Shown here: piece after piece, positions 26,082 to 35,540 of the stretch
Layout: each line of letters begins with the position of its first letter
How positions within the stretch are numbered: the stretch's first letter is position 1
From: a virus
Taxonomy: Duplodnaviria > Caudoviricetes
IMG/VR virus record: IMGVR_UViG_3300047157_000188
Location: 1 to 59,504 of that record
Reading direction: 5' to 3' (one strand)
DNA: 59,504 nucleotides
The notes under the pieces: model-generated
Databases searched by the model: none
Told to the model about the DNA's origin: nothing
Seen by the model: only the letters and a program-made list of their open reading frames with translations
Made by a program: the position numbers and the translations under genes

Positions 26082-27014
26082 TTATTGAGAAACATACCAA
26101 TCGATAGTTTCTTTTAATCCTTGTTCTAATGGTGTGAACTCTTGATAGTCTATAAAACCATTCAACTGACTAGAGTCTACCAAACGTCTAGGTTGTCCAT
26201 TTGGCTTATCCGTTTGCCAATTAATATTCCCTTTATATCCTACAACCTTACATATATTATATACTAGATCCTTTATGCTCGTCTCTTTTTCAAAACCAGA
26301 ACCGATATTGCATATTCTATATTGACCTATTTCCCCCAAAGACTTTACTATTATTTCTGCACAATCCTTAACATACAAAAATTCTCTAGTAGCACTTCCA
26401 TCTCCCCAACAATCTACGCTATCGATATCATTATTTTTAGCATAAACTATTTTTTTAATAAGAGCAGGAATCACATGGCTACTTTTAGGATCAAAGTTAT
26501 CACCAGGTCCATATAAGTTACAAGGAACAAAGACCATACTATTAAAATTATATTGTTTACAATATCCTTCTAACATTGTATATAGCGCTTTTTTAGCTAT
26601 TCCATATGGGGCATTTGTTTCCTCTGGATATCCGTTCCACAAATCTGTTTCTTTGAAAGGTATGGGGCAAAATTTGGGATAGGAACAAACAGTTCCAACT
26701 TGGATAAATTCTTGAACATTATGAGTTCTAGAAGCTTCTATAATATTAACTCCCATAGCCATATTATCGTAAAAGAACTTTCCGGGGTTTTCCTTGTTTG
26801 CCCCTATACCTCCTACCCTAGCAGCTAAATGGATTACAGTATTAGGTTTATACTTATTTAAAAGTTTGCGGGTTTCATTTTGTTCTGTTAGATCAAAGTC
26901 CTTAGACCGAAATCTTATAATTTCATTTTCCTTATATCCATGATCTATCAGTTTTTTAAAAACCCACTGACCTAAAAATCCGTAGCCACCGGTAATTAAA
27001 ATAGTATTACTCAT
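26082..27014 (-). CDS. fcl: GDP-L-fucose synthase
   Basis: TGGYGFLG, LAARVGGIGAN, GTVCSYPK, PEETNAPYGIAKK, NLYGPGDNF, SHVIPALI, WGDGSATREF, KPNGQPRR. Confidence 0.95.
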   Translation of the reverse strand: MSNTILITGGYGFLGQWVFKKLIDHGYKENEIIRFRSKDFDLTEQNETRKLLNKYKPNTVIHLAARVGGIGANKENPGKFFYDNMAMGVNIIEASRTHNVQEFIQVGTVCSYPKFCPIPFKETDLWNGYPEETNAPYGIAKKALYTMLEGYCKQYNFNSMVFVPCNLYGPGDNFDPKSSHVIPALIKKIVYAKNNDIDSVDCWGDGSATREFLYVKDCAEIIVKSLGEIGQYRICNIGSGFEKETSIKDLVYNICKVVGYKGNINWQTDKPNGQPRRLVDSSQLNGFIDYQEFTPLEQGLKETIDWYVSQ

Positions 27015-27253
27015 ACAGTAGGTACATCCTCAACGTTGTCTGTAGGGTATTCTTCGACCTTTTTATTTTTTAAAGGTCTTCCACGAGGTTTGACCAGTTT
27101 AATCTTACGTCTTTGTCTTCGAATCATAGAAGTGCTGATATGTTCTCCAGTAATTTGGCTTAATTTTACAGCTAGTTCTTCATCGCAGACAGTAGCATGA
27201 TTATTGCGAATATATTCAATTTCGCTATTTGACCATTTTTTATAAGTAGCCAT
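27011..27253 (-). CDS. Small basic HTH-like DNA-binding protein
   Basis: KWSNSEIEYIRNN...DEELAVKL...IRRQRRKI..KPRGRP (AT-hook-like). Confidence 0.6.
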   Translation of the reverse strand: MATYKKWSNSEIEYIRNNHATVCDEELAVKLSQITGEHISTSMIRRQRRKIKLVKPRGRPLKNKKVEEYPTDNVEDVPTV

Positions 27254-27280
27254 ATATTCCTCTTTTGGTGTTATTAATTA

Positions 27281-27308
27281 TTGACAAGTTGTAATTTGTT
27301 CATATTAT
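27281..27308 (+). promoter_or_regulatory. Sigma70 promoter at the divergence point
   Basis: TTGACA-N16-TATTAT upstream of the 27344 gene and the sigma factor gene. Confidence 0.55.
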
Positions 27309-27343
27309 ATTATGAATTGGTAACTTTTATGCAAGGAGAAAAA

Positions 27344-27529
27344 ATGACTAAACCTAGTTTTGATCATATAATTGGATCTATTTTAGATGTAGTAGATTCT
27401 AGCGGTATAGATGTAAGTGCAGATTTAAAGCTACCCGAAGGAAAAAGCATAGCCAGCTTACTAAATGACCAAGAAAAAAAAGACACAGAAGAAGACACAG
27501 AAGAAGACCAGTCCAAAAAAGCAGAATAA
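27344..27529 (+). CDS. Small acidic hypothetical protein (start MTKPSF)
   Basis: AAGGAG RBS before ATG 27344. Confidence 0.55.
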   Translation: MTKPSFDHIIGSILDVVDSSGIDVSADLKLPEGKSIASLLNDQEKKDTEEDTEEDQSKKAE

Positions 27530-28151
27530 TAAAGTAACAGATCAAGAATTTCTAGATGTTTTAGATAATATTAGTAAAAGACTATGTTATAAATTTAAGT
27601 TTGCATACCATGATATTAATGATATGAAGCAACAGGCTGCTATTTTTGCTTTAGAAGGACTAAAAAAATACGATGGCAAAAGACCATTGGAGAATTTTTT
27701 GTGGACACACGTTAGGAATCGTTTATTTAATTTTAAACGGAATAATTATCAAAGGCCCGATAAACCTTGTTTTAACTGTCCTTTGTTTGATAAATTATAT
27801 TCCTGTTCCGATAATCAATGCAAAGAATATAAGAATAAATCAGATTGCGAATCTTATGCTGCTTGGAGTAAAAGGAATGAATCTAAGAAAAATATAATAC
27901 AGCCATTATATATCGAAGATAATAATGTCAATGAAACCAATCAAGGTCTTTTAGAAAATATACAAAATAAAGAAATTTTAGATTTTTTAGACAAACACAT
28001 ACAATGTGACCATAGAGAATCTTACTTAAAACTAAAGCATGGTATTAAAGTGCCTAAGTTACAGCTAGATAAATTAAAGCAACACATATCAGATTTATTG
28101 AGGAGTGATGAATGGCATCAAAAAGACAGCCACGAAAACGAGGACAACTAA
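27465..28151 (+). CDS. Phage RNA polymerase sigma factor (sigma70 region 2) with Cys-rich insertion
   Basis: DINDMKQQAAIFALEGLKKYDGKRPLENFLWTHVRNRLFNFKR is region 2-like; followed by CFNCP...C...C...C. Confidence 0.75.
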   Translation: MTKKKKTQKKTQKKTSPKKQNNKVTDQEFLDVLDNISKRLCYKFKFAYHDINDMKQQAAIFALEGLKKYDGKRPLENFLWTHVRNRLFNFKRNNYQRPDKPCFNCPLFDKLYSCSDNQCKEYKNKSDCESYAAWSKRNESKKNIIQPLYIEDNNVNETNQGLLENIQNKEILDFLDKHIQCDHRESYLKLKHGIKVPKLQLDKLKQHISDLLRSDEWHQKDSHENEDN

Positions 28152-28951
28152 GCCTCGAAGAAGAACAATATATCAGAGAAAATGTTGAGAATCAATCTAT
28201 CGAAGAGATAGCAGAATCTTTGAATCGGACTGCGAGTCCTATTACCAGATATATTAAAGAGAATCAGCTATTACTAAATGAATCAGATAAAAGCATCAAC
28301 GAATTATTAAAACATAAATTACATAGCAAGACGTTTTGGAGCGAAATTGTCAGACAATTTGACTATGAAACAGGTGAGTTGCAATATTTCGAAGATACCT
28401 GGGTGGGACTAGTGAAGCAGTTTAGAGAGGACGTATTGCCAGCCGAGGAATTACAAATAAAACAATTTATTACAATTGACATACTTATTAATAGAAGTAT
28501 GAAAGAAAGGAAAAGACATATCGCAGAAACGGAGAAATTACAAAAACAAGTAGATGCGGAATATGTTTTACCAGAGGATGACCGAGATATAGCGAAGCTA
28601 ACTAATTTAGAAACTCAGTTGAGTTTTGCTCGTAATAGTATAGCTAACTATACTAACGAGTATACTAAATTATTAAACGAGCAACAAAAAATTAGTAAAG
28701 ATTTAAAAGCTACCAGAGAACAGAGAATCAAAAGAATAGAAGATGGTAAAAGCAGTTGGACCGGATTGATAAGAATGTTAGAAGACGAAACGACTAGAGA
28801 AAAAGAAGGCAGAGAAATGGAAATTCTTAAGATGGCATCAAAAAAATTTAAATCAGATCTACAGGACTTACATACATATCAAGATGATGCTGTGGATAGA
28901 CCTTTTTTAATTCCAGAAGATACAGAAGGACAAAATAATGACAACGAATAA
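28112..28951 (+). CDS. HTH + coiled-coil protein, candidate terminase small subunit
   Basis: N-terminal HTH (QSIEEIAESLNRTASPITRYI) and a long coiled coil; lies upstream of TerL. Confidence 0.5.
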   Translation: MASKRQPRKRGQLSLEEEQYIRENVENQSIEEIAESLNRTASPITRYIKENQLLLNESDKSINELLKHKLHSKTFWSEIVRQFDYETGELQYFEDTWVGLVKQFREDVLPAEELQIKQFITIDILINRSMKERKRHIAETEKLQKQVDAEYVLPEDDRDIAKLTNLETQLSFARNSIANYTNEYTKLLNEQQKISKDLKATREQRIKRIEDGKSSWTGLIRMLEDETTREKEGREMEILKMASKKFKSDLQDLHTYQDDAVDRPFLIPEDTEGQNNDNE

Positions 28952-29939
28952 ACTAGCATTAGTTACAGGAGTTACAGGACAAGACGGATCTTATTTAGCA
29001 GAATTACTATTATTAAAAAACTATACAGTAATAGGATTAAAAAGAAGATCTAGTACTAATAATAATTATAGAATAGAACATATTTTAGATGATCCAAATT
29101 TCACACTAGAAGAATTTGATTTAACAGATCCTACTAATGTTATTAAAACTATTGATAAATATCAGCCAGAAGAATTTTATAATTTAGCTGCACAGAGTCA
29201 TGTCAAAACTAGTTTTTCTCAACCGACTACTACAATATGTATTAATACCTTAGGTGTGATTAATATCTTAGAAGCTATAAAAACTTACTCTTCTACTACT
29301 AAATTTTATCAAGCCAGTACCAGTGAAATGTTTGGTATGAATTATGATGTGGATGATAGTGGAGATAAATATCAAGACGAAAATACAAATATGTTACCAC
29401 AAAGTCCATACGGAATTGCAAAGTTAGCAAGTCATCGAATGTTACAAATTTATAGAGAAAGTTATGGCTTGTTTGCTTGTAGTGGTATTTTGTTTAATCA
29501 TGAAAGTCCTCGTAGAGGTGAAAATTTTGTTACTAGAAAAATTACAAAGTATATAGGAGATTTGATGTCTTCTAAAACTAGTGAGACATTGAAGCTAGGT
29601 AATCTATCAGCTAAAAGAGATTGGGGTCATGCTAAAGACTATGTAGAAGCTATGTATTTAATGCTACAACAATCTTCACCAGATGACTATGTTATTTGTA
29701 CAGAAGAAACTTGGAGCGTTTTAGATTTTGTAAAGAAAGCCTTTGATCATGTAGGATTAGATTATCGTTCTTACGTTGAGATAGATCAGTCTTTATATAG
29801 ACCTTGTGAGGTAGACTATTTAAAAGGTAAAAATAGTAAAGCTAGAAAACAATTATCTTGGGAACCTAATACATCTTTTGATGAATTGATAGGAGATATG
29901 ATTGATTCAGATATAAAGGCAGCCGCTATTAATGTTTAG
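28938..29939 (+). CDS. gmd: GDP-mannose 4,6-dehydratase
   Basis: TGVTGQDGSYLAE, YNLAAQSHV, YQASTSEMFG, PQSPYG.AK, GILFNHESPRRG, FVTRKIT, RDWGHAKDYV. Confidence 0.97.
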   Translation: MTTNKLALVTGVTGQDGSYLAELLLLKNYTVIGLKRRSSTNNNYRIEHILDDPNFTLEEFDLTDPTNVIKTIDKYQPEEFYNLAAQSHVKTSFSQPTTTICINTLGVINILEAIKTYSSTTKFYQASTSEMFGMNYDVDDSGDKYQDENTNMLPQSPYGIAKLASHRMLQIYRESYGLFACSGILFNHESPRRGENFVTRKITKYIGDLMSSKTSETLKLGNLSAKRDWGHAKDYVEAMYLMLQQSSPDDYVICTEETWSVLDFVKKAFDHVGLDYRSYVEIDQSLYRPCEVDYLKGKNSKARKQLSWEPNTSFDELIGDMIDSDIKAAAINV

Positions 29940-30207
29940 AAATTTTAAAGATCCAGAATACAAAAAATGGAGAAAAGCAGTATACAAGAGAGATGGATAT
30001 AAGTGTCAGTGGCCAGGATGTAATATGGGTAAAAAGCTTAATGCTCATCATATTAAACGGTGGGCTGATTATCCTGGTTTAAGATTTGAAGTTAGTAATG
30101 GTGTTACGTTATGTAGACATCATCACGACATGATTAAAGGAATGGAAGACAATTACGAATCAATTTTTTTAAAGATAGCACACGCCAATGCCAGACATAA
30201 AAGATGA
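29932..30207 (+). CDS. HNH endonuclease (packaging-associated type)
   Basis: WRKAVYKRDGYKCQWPGC, AHHIK, NGVTLCRHHH. Confidence 0.85.
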   Translation: MFRNFKDPEYKKWRKAVYKRDGYKCQWPGCNMGKKLNAHHIKRWADYPGLRFEVSNGVTLCRHHHDMIKGMEDNYESIFLKIAHANARHKR

Positions 30208-30676
30208 TTTTACTGTTATTGTAGATACTAGAGAACAGCAACCTTGGTCTTTTACCAAGTACGCTACGGCTAGTAAAAAACTAGATACTGGAGACTATAG
30301 TATAGAAGGATTTGAAGATATTTTAGCTATAGAACGTAAGAAGAGTATTAATGAAGTAGCTAATAACATTGTAGAATCAAGGTTTGTAGATGTTATTGAT
30401 AGAATGAGTAAATATAAGTATGCATACTTCTTATTAGAATTTAATATAGGTAATGTATTAGATTATCCTATAGGTTCTAGTTTACCTAAGCGTATGTGGA
30501 ATAAAATTAGAATTAAACCAGCTTTTATAATGAAACACATTTTAGATTGGCAGTTAAAATATAATATACAAGTATTATTTTGCGATTCTTCTGAAAATGC
30601 TGCTAGAACTGCTGAGTATATCATGAAGAAGATTTTTTATATGGAAATTAATCAAAAACTTAAAAAGGAGAAGTAA
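30188..30676 (+). CDS. ERCC4-domain nuclease
   Basis: VIVDTREQQP, KLDTGDYS, AIERKKS. Confidence 0.9.
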   Translation: MPDIKDDFTVIVDTREQQPWSFTKYATASKKLDTGDYSIEGFEDILAIERKKSINEVANNIVESRFVDVIDRMSKYKYAYFLLEFNIGNVLDYPIGSSLPKRMWNKIRIKPAFIMKHILDWQLKYNIQVLFCDSSENAARTAEYIMKKIFYMEINQKLKKEK

Positions 30677-30678
30677 AT

Positions 30679-31272
30679 ATGAAACTTTCGCAACCAATTA
30701 CTTTACAGAAGCCTCCAGAAACAGATGCTAAAGGTAATAGGCTTGAACACGCACCCTTTACTGTAGATGAATTAAATCCGGTTTTTCAAATTAATTTACA
30801 GCATAATTATGTTTCAGTATTTTTTGAAGCGAAAAGTCCTGCTGAAAGAATTGAAGGAAATATGATTGTTGTTTCTGGTAATCAATTTACAGATGATTCT
30901 GTATTTACCCCTAGCCAGCTACAGATTAAATTATTAGAAAAATTAGGAGATGATCCTCAAGCAACATTGCAAGGACTGTTTCCAAAAACAGTAGAACAAG
31001 ATCCTGATGGACCTGGAGCTATTTTAACAAATATGATTAAGAGCATAGGTATTGTTAGCTCTTCTAGTTGCTCTTGTCGTAGACACGCTATTGAGATGAA
31101 TGAAAAAGGCAGTGATTGGTGTGAAGAGAATATGTCAACGATTTTAGGTTGGCTTAAAGACGAAAGCAAGAAACGCAACTTACCTTTTGTTGAAACTGTA
31201 GCTAAAATGATTGTTAATCGAGCTATTAGCAAGTCTCGTAAACTTAAAGCACAAAAAACAGCAACAGCTTAA
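30679..31272 (+). CDS. Hypothetical protein with C-terminal Cys motif
   Basis: GPGAILT...CSCRRHAIEMNEKGSDWCEEN...ILGWL. Confidence 0.7.
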   Translation: MKLSQPITLQKPPETDAKGNRLEHAPFTVDELNPVFQINLQHNYVSVFFEAKSPAERIEGNMIVVSGNQFTDDSVFTPSQLQIKLLEKLGDDPQATLQGLFPKTVEQDPDGPGAILTNMIKSIGIVSSSSCSCRRHAIEMNEKGSDWCEENMSTILGWLKDESKKRNLPFVETVAKMIVNRAISKSRKLKAQKTATA

Positions 31273-31273
31273 T

Positions 31274-33301
31274 ATGAGTGATAAAATTACTGGATTTGAC
31301 AATGCATGGCTGGGATTAGGTGATCTTGATAGTATATCTATCGACCAAAACCTAATGATTAATAGAAACCAAGATGACATAGAGAATCCAGATAAACATC
31401 TTATTAAAATTTTTAGAGATACTGAATACATAGGATCAACTTGCAAGCTATTATTTGGCATAGAACTACATCCTATACAAATAGCTATATTACAAGAGTT
31501 TTGGATTCGTCCATTTCCTATGTTTGTAGCTTCTCGTGGTTTTGGTAAATCTTTTTTAATGAGTCTATATTGCATACTAAAATGCACTTTTGTTCCTGGT
31601 ACTAAAATTGTTGTTGTTGGTGCTGGTTTCAGACAGAGTAAAATTCTTTTTGAGTATATGGAAAATATGTGGCGCACTAGCCCTATACTAAGAAGTATAT
31701 TTAATGGTAATGACGATGGTCCTAGAAGAGATGTAGATAGATGTACTTTAAGATTAGGAGATAGTTGGACTATTGCTATTCCTATGGGTGATGGTAGTAA
31801 GATTAGAGGCTTACGTGCTCATATCATTATTGCTGATGAATTTGCGTCTATGTCTCCAGATATATATGAGACTGTTGTTGCTGGTTTTGCTGCTGTGTCT
31901 GCTAGTCCTATTGAAAACGTAAAAGAACAAGCAAAAAAGCAAGCTATGATAGATGCTGGTATTTGGAATGAAGAATTAGAAGCATTATCTAAAAAGAATA
32001 GTAATCAAGCTATAATTTCTGGTACAGCAGATTATGGTTTTAAACATTTTGCACAGTATTGGAAAAGATACAAGTCTATTGTAGAAAGTGGTGGAGATAC
32101 TATAAAGTTACAAGATATCTTTAATGGAGAAGTTCCTGAAAATTTTAACTGGAAAGACTATAGTGTTATTAGAATACCTTATGAATTAATCCCTAAAGGC
32201 TTTATGGATGACAAGCAGGTAGCTAGAGCTAAAGCAACCATACATTCTGGTATATACAATATGGAATATGCTGCTTGTTTTATTAATGATAGTGAAGGTT
32301 TTTTCAAGCGTAGCCTACTAGAAAGCTGCGTAGCTTCAGAATCTAATAATATTAATATCAATGGTAAAAATGTTATATTTGAAGCTAGAGTAGAGGGTGA
32401 CGCTAATCTTGGGTATGTGTATGGTATTGATCCAGCGTCAGAAAAAGATAATTTTAGTATTGTTATATTAGAAGTTCATCCAGACCATTCTCGTATCGTT
32501 TATTCTTGGACTACAAACAGATCTAACTTTAAAGTTAGGCAAAAAGCTGGATTAAGTGATGAGCATGACTTTTATAAATTCTGTGCTAGAAAAATTAGAA
32601 ATCTAATGAAACTATTCCCTCCTATTAGGATAGGTCTTGATGCTCAGGGTGGTGGTGTTGCTATTGAGGAAGCTTTACATGATCCTTCTAAGCTAGAAGA
32701 AGGAGAAGTTTTGATTTGGCCTGTGGTAGAAGACAATAAAGTAAAGGACACGGACAGTCAACCAGGACTACATATTTTAGAATTAGTGCAATTTGCTAGA
32801 GCGGATTGGACAGCACAAGCTAACCACGGTTTAAGAAAAGACTTAGAGGATAAAGCTTTGCTATTTCCTAGATTTGACAACTTAACACTAGGTCTAGCTA
32901 TGGACAAAGAAGGTCAAGATATTTTAGAATCAGATTTAGACCCTATATATGACAGCCTTAGCGAATGTATATTAGAAATAGAAGAACTAAAAAATGAACT
33001 GACTACTATTGTTATGACACAAACCAGCACAGGTCCTAATGCGAGAGATAGATGGGACACTCCTGAAATCAAGTTAAATCATGGAAAAAAAGGCAGATTA
33101 AGAAAAGATAGATATAGCTCTTTAGTCATGGCAAATATGATAGCTAGACAGATGAGGCGTTCGTTAAAGCCAGTAGGATACGATGTTGTTGGAGGTAATC
33201 TAAGGGATATAGTAAAAAATCAGGGAGAGTTGTACAAAGGTCCTGAATGGTTTACTTCAGCTGTAAATGATGATATATATAAAGGAATTTACAGAAAATA
33301 G
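31274..33301 (+). CDS. terL: Terminase large subunit
   Basis: Walker A ASRGFGKS, Walker B IIIADE, GSKIRGLRA, nuclease YGIDPA and KDRYSS; likely start MSDKIT. Confidence 0.92.
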   Translation: MSDKITGFDNAWLGLGDLDSISIDQNLMINRNQDDIENPDKHLIKIFRDTEYIGSTCKLLFGIELHPIQIAILQEFWIRPFPMFVASRGFGKSFLMSLYCILKCTFVPGTKIVVVGAGFRQSKILFEYMENMWRTSPILRSIFNGNDDGPRRDVDRCTLRLGDSWTIAIPMGDGSKIRGLRAHIIIADEFASMSPDIYETVVAGFAAVSASPIENVKEQAKKQAMIDAGIWNEELEALSKKNSNQAIISGTADYGFKHFAQYWKRYKSIVESGGDTIKLQDIFNGEVPENFNWKDYSVIRIPYELIPKGFMDDKQVARAKATIHSGIYNMEYAACFINDSEGFFKRSLLESCVASESNNININGKNVIFEARVEGDANLGYVYGIDPASEKDNFSIVILEVHPDHSRIVYSWTTNRSNFKVRQKAGLSDEHDFYKFCARKIRNLMKLFPPIRIGLDAQGGGVAIEEALHDPSKLEEGEVLIWPVVEDNKVKDTDSQPGLHILELVQFARADWTAQANHGLRKDLEDKALLFPRFDNLTLGLAMDKEGQDILESDLDPIYDSLSECILEIEELKNELTTIVMTQTSTGPNARDRWDTPEIKLNHGKKGRLRKDRYSSLVMANMIARQMRRSLKPVGYDVVGGNLRDIVKNQGELYKGPEWFTSAVNDDIYKGIYRK

Positions 33302-33307
33302 TGTATA
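33300..33307 (+). promoter_or_regulatory. (G/A)GTGTAT late-promoter-like motif
   Basis: AGTGTATA about 40 nt before the portal ATG. Confidence 0.45.
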
Positions 33308-33348
33308 GTACAATTGTAATCTAATTGCAATCCCAATAGAAGGATATC

Positions 33349-35517
33349 ATGACAAAAAAATATAATAATTCTGATGAAATAAAAAATGCTGAAACTGTTA
33401 ATCACGAAGCATATGTTACATGGGGAGAGGATTTATCTAGTAAACAAGAAGCTCTTAAAAAGTCTTCCGAGTCCTTAGAGGAATATACTGGTATCCAAAA
33501 AGCTTCTGCGGGACGAAGACATGATTTTTCTGGATTAGATACTAATACTTCTGGCAGACCAGGCTTAACCAGATCAGATTACGATTACTTCAGGCCAGAT
33601 GAAGCAGTACCTCGACGTAGCATGAAGATGATCATGCGTAGAGCAGAAGATGTTTACCAAAGAGTGGGTTTGGTCAAAAATGTTATTGATTTAATGAGTG
33701 ACTTTGCGGTTCAAGGAGTTCGGGTTGTACATAAGAACAAAAGAATAGAGAGGTTTTTCCAACGATGGTTCGATGAAGTGTCAGGCAAAGATCGTAGCGA
33801 AAGATTTCTTAATAATTTATACAAAACAGGCAATGTTATCGTTAACAGACAAACAGGTAAGCTAGGAATTAAGTCAGTAGACCAGTTATACAAAACCAGA
33901 GGTGGTGCTGATTTAAAAATTATTGATATTAATCAAAACTCTGTAGAGAAAAAAGAAATTCCTTGGAAGTATACTTTCTTAGATCCTGTGTTTGTTGATG
34001 TTACTGGAGGTGCTTTAGCCTCATTTGTACATAATAAAAAATATGAATTAAAAGTACCTAGTCATCTTAAAAAAATTATTAGTTCACCAAAAACAGATGC
34101 AGAGAAACAATTGGTTGCTAGTTTACCTGATTCTGTGTTAGAAGCAGCTAAAACTAAAAAAGGTTATCCTTTAGATCCTAATAAAGTTTCTGTTTTTCAT
34201 TATAAAAAAGACGATTGGCAGTCTTGGGCTTTTCCTATGATATATTCAATTATGGATGATATCAATGTAATAGAAAAATTAAAGTTAGCAGATATCGCAG
34301 CTTTAGACGGTGCTATTTCTAATATTCGTATTTTTAAATTAGGTAGTCTTGAACATAAAATTGCTCCTACAAAAGCAGCTACTTCTAAGCTAGCACAAAT
34401 TCTAGGGAATAACGTTGGTGGTGGTACAATGGATTTGGTTTGGGGTCCTGATATTGAATTGCTAGAATCTAAAACAAATGTCCATCAGTTTTTAGGAGAA
34501 GGCAAATACACTCCTCATTTAAATAGTATTTATGCAGGCTTGGGTATTCCTCCTACTTTAACGGGTACATACGGTGCTGCTGGTACTACTAACAATTTTA
34601 TTAGTTTAAAAACTCTAACACAAAGATTGCAATACGGTAGAGATATCTTAACTAGATTTTGGCAGCAAGAAATTAATTTAGTTCAAAGAGCTATGGGATT
34701 TAGATTTCCAGCCAAGATAGAATTTGATAGAATGGATCTTAGTAATGAAGAATCAGAAAAGGCATTATTGCTACAGCTAGCTGATAGAAACATAGTTAGT
34801 GATGAGTTACTACAAAGAAGATTTGGTTTTGATCCAGATATGGAAAAATCTAGACTTAATCAAGAACAAAGAGAAAGAAACAGTAACAGGATGGTAGAAA
34901 AGTCTGGGCCTTATTATGATCCTCAACCGGAAAATACGCTGAAAAAAATAGCGCTACAAAACGGTATAGTTACTCCGGGAGAAGTGGGATTAGAACTAGA
35001 GTCAAAAAAACCCGGTGAAAAGACTGGTCTCGAAATGAAGGTACCTAAGCCATTAACGAAGTTGGCTAACGATCCGTCTTCGGAATCGTTGCCTAGAGGA
35101 AGACCAGGTGAAGGAAGGCCAAAGCTTTCAAAAGATTCTAAAAAACGAAAAGAAAAAGAATTTGCACCCCAGACGGGAGCTAAAATGATAATATGGGCGA
35201 GTACAGCTCAAGAGCAAATTAGTACAATCATTAATCCAATTATTTTAGAATACTACCAAAAGAAAAATCTACGTAGTCTATCTAGCTCAGAATATGAAAA
35301 TTTAGAAAAGGTAAAAACTAAAGCGCTTTTATCTCTAAGACCTTTTGCAAAAATAGACAAAGGAATTATTGATAGTGCTTTTGATAATTCTACTAATGCT
35401 AGCGTAAATACATATAATAACTGGCTAAAAGACCTAAAAACTTCATTTGACAGAGACTTATCTGTAGAAGAAATAAAACAAGCTAAGGCTTCTTTTTATT
35501 CTGAGGTGTATAGCTAA
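33349..35517 (+). CDS. Portal protein
   Basis: Follows TerL; YQRVGLVKNVIDLMSDF, FLNNLYKTGNVI, IYAGLGIPPTL are portal-like segments. Confidence 0.85.
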   Translation: MTKKYNNSDEIKNAETVNHEAYVTWGEDLSSKQEALKKSSESLEEYTGIQKASAGRRHDFSGLDTNTSGRPGLTRSDYDYFRPDEAVPRRSMKMIMRRAEDVYQRVGLVKNVIDLMSDFAVQGVRVVHKNKRIERFFQRWFDEVSGKDRSERFLNNLYKTGNVIVNRQTGKLGIKSVDQLYKTRGGADLKIIDINQNSVEKKEIPWKYTFLDPVFVDVTGGALASFVHNKKYELKVPSHLKKIISSPKTDAEKQLVASLPDSVLEAAKTKKGYPLDPNKVSVFHYKKDDWQSWAFPMIYSIMDDINVIEKLKLADIAALDGAISNIRIFKLGSLEHKIAPTKAATSKLAQILGNNVGGGTMDLVWGPDIELLESKTNVHQFLGEGKYTPHLNSIYAGLGIPPTLTGTYGAAGTTNNFISLKTLTQRLQYGRDILTRFWQQEINLVQRAMGFRFPAKIEFDRMDLSNEESEKALLLQLADRNIVSDELLQRRFGFDPDMEKSRLNQEQRERNSNRMVEKSGPYYDPQPENTLKKIALQNGIVTPGEVGLELESKKPGEKTGLEMKVPKPLTKLANDPSSESLPRGRPGEGRPKLSKDSKKRKEKEFAPQTGAKMIIWASTAQEQISTIINPIILEYYQKKNLRSLSSSEYENLEKVKTKALLSLRPFAKIDKGIIDSAFDNSTNASVNTYNNWLKDLKTSFDRDLSVEEIKQAKASFYSEVYS
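35505..35512 (+). promoter_or_regulatory. GGTGTAT late-promoter-like motif
   Basis: GGTGTATA about 30 nt before the protease ATG. Confidence 0.5.
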
Positions 35518-35540
35518 GTTAGCCTAAAAAGGAGTAAATT

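Noticed and set aside
26078-26082. glmS ribozyme upstream of glmS
   Set aside because: Only 3 nt separate the fcl stop from the glmS start, so there is no leader.
31274-33301. Intein or intron in the large terminase
   Set aside because: No C/S...HN-C/S/T splice motifs or homing-endonuclease insert; ATPase and nuclease motifs are contiguous.
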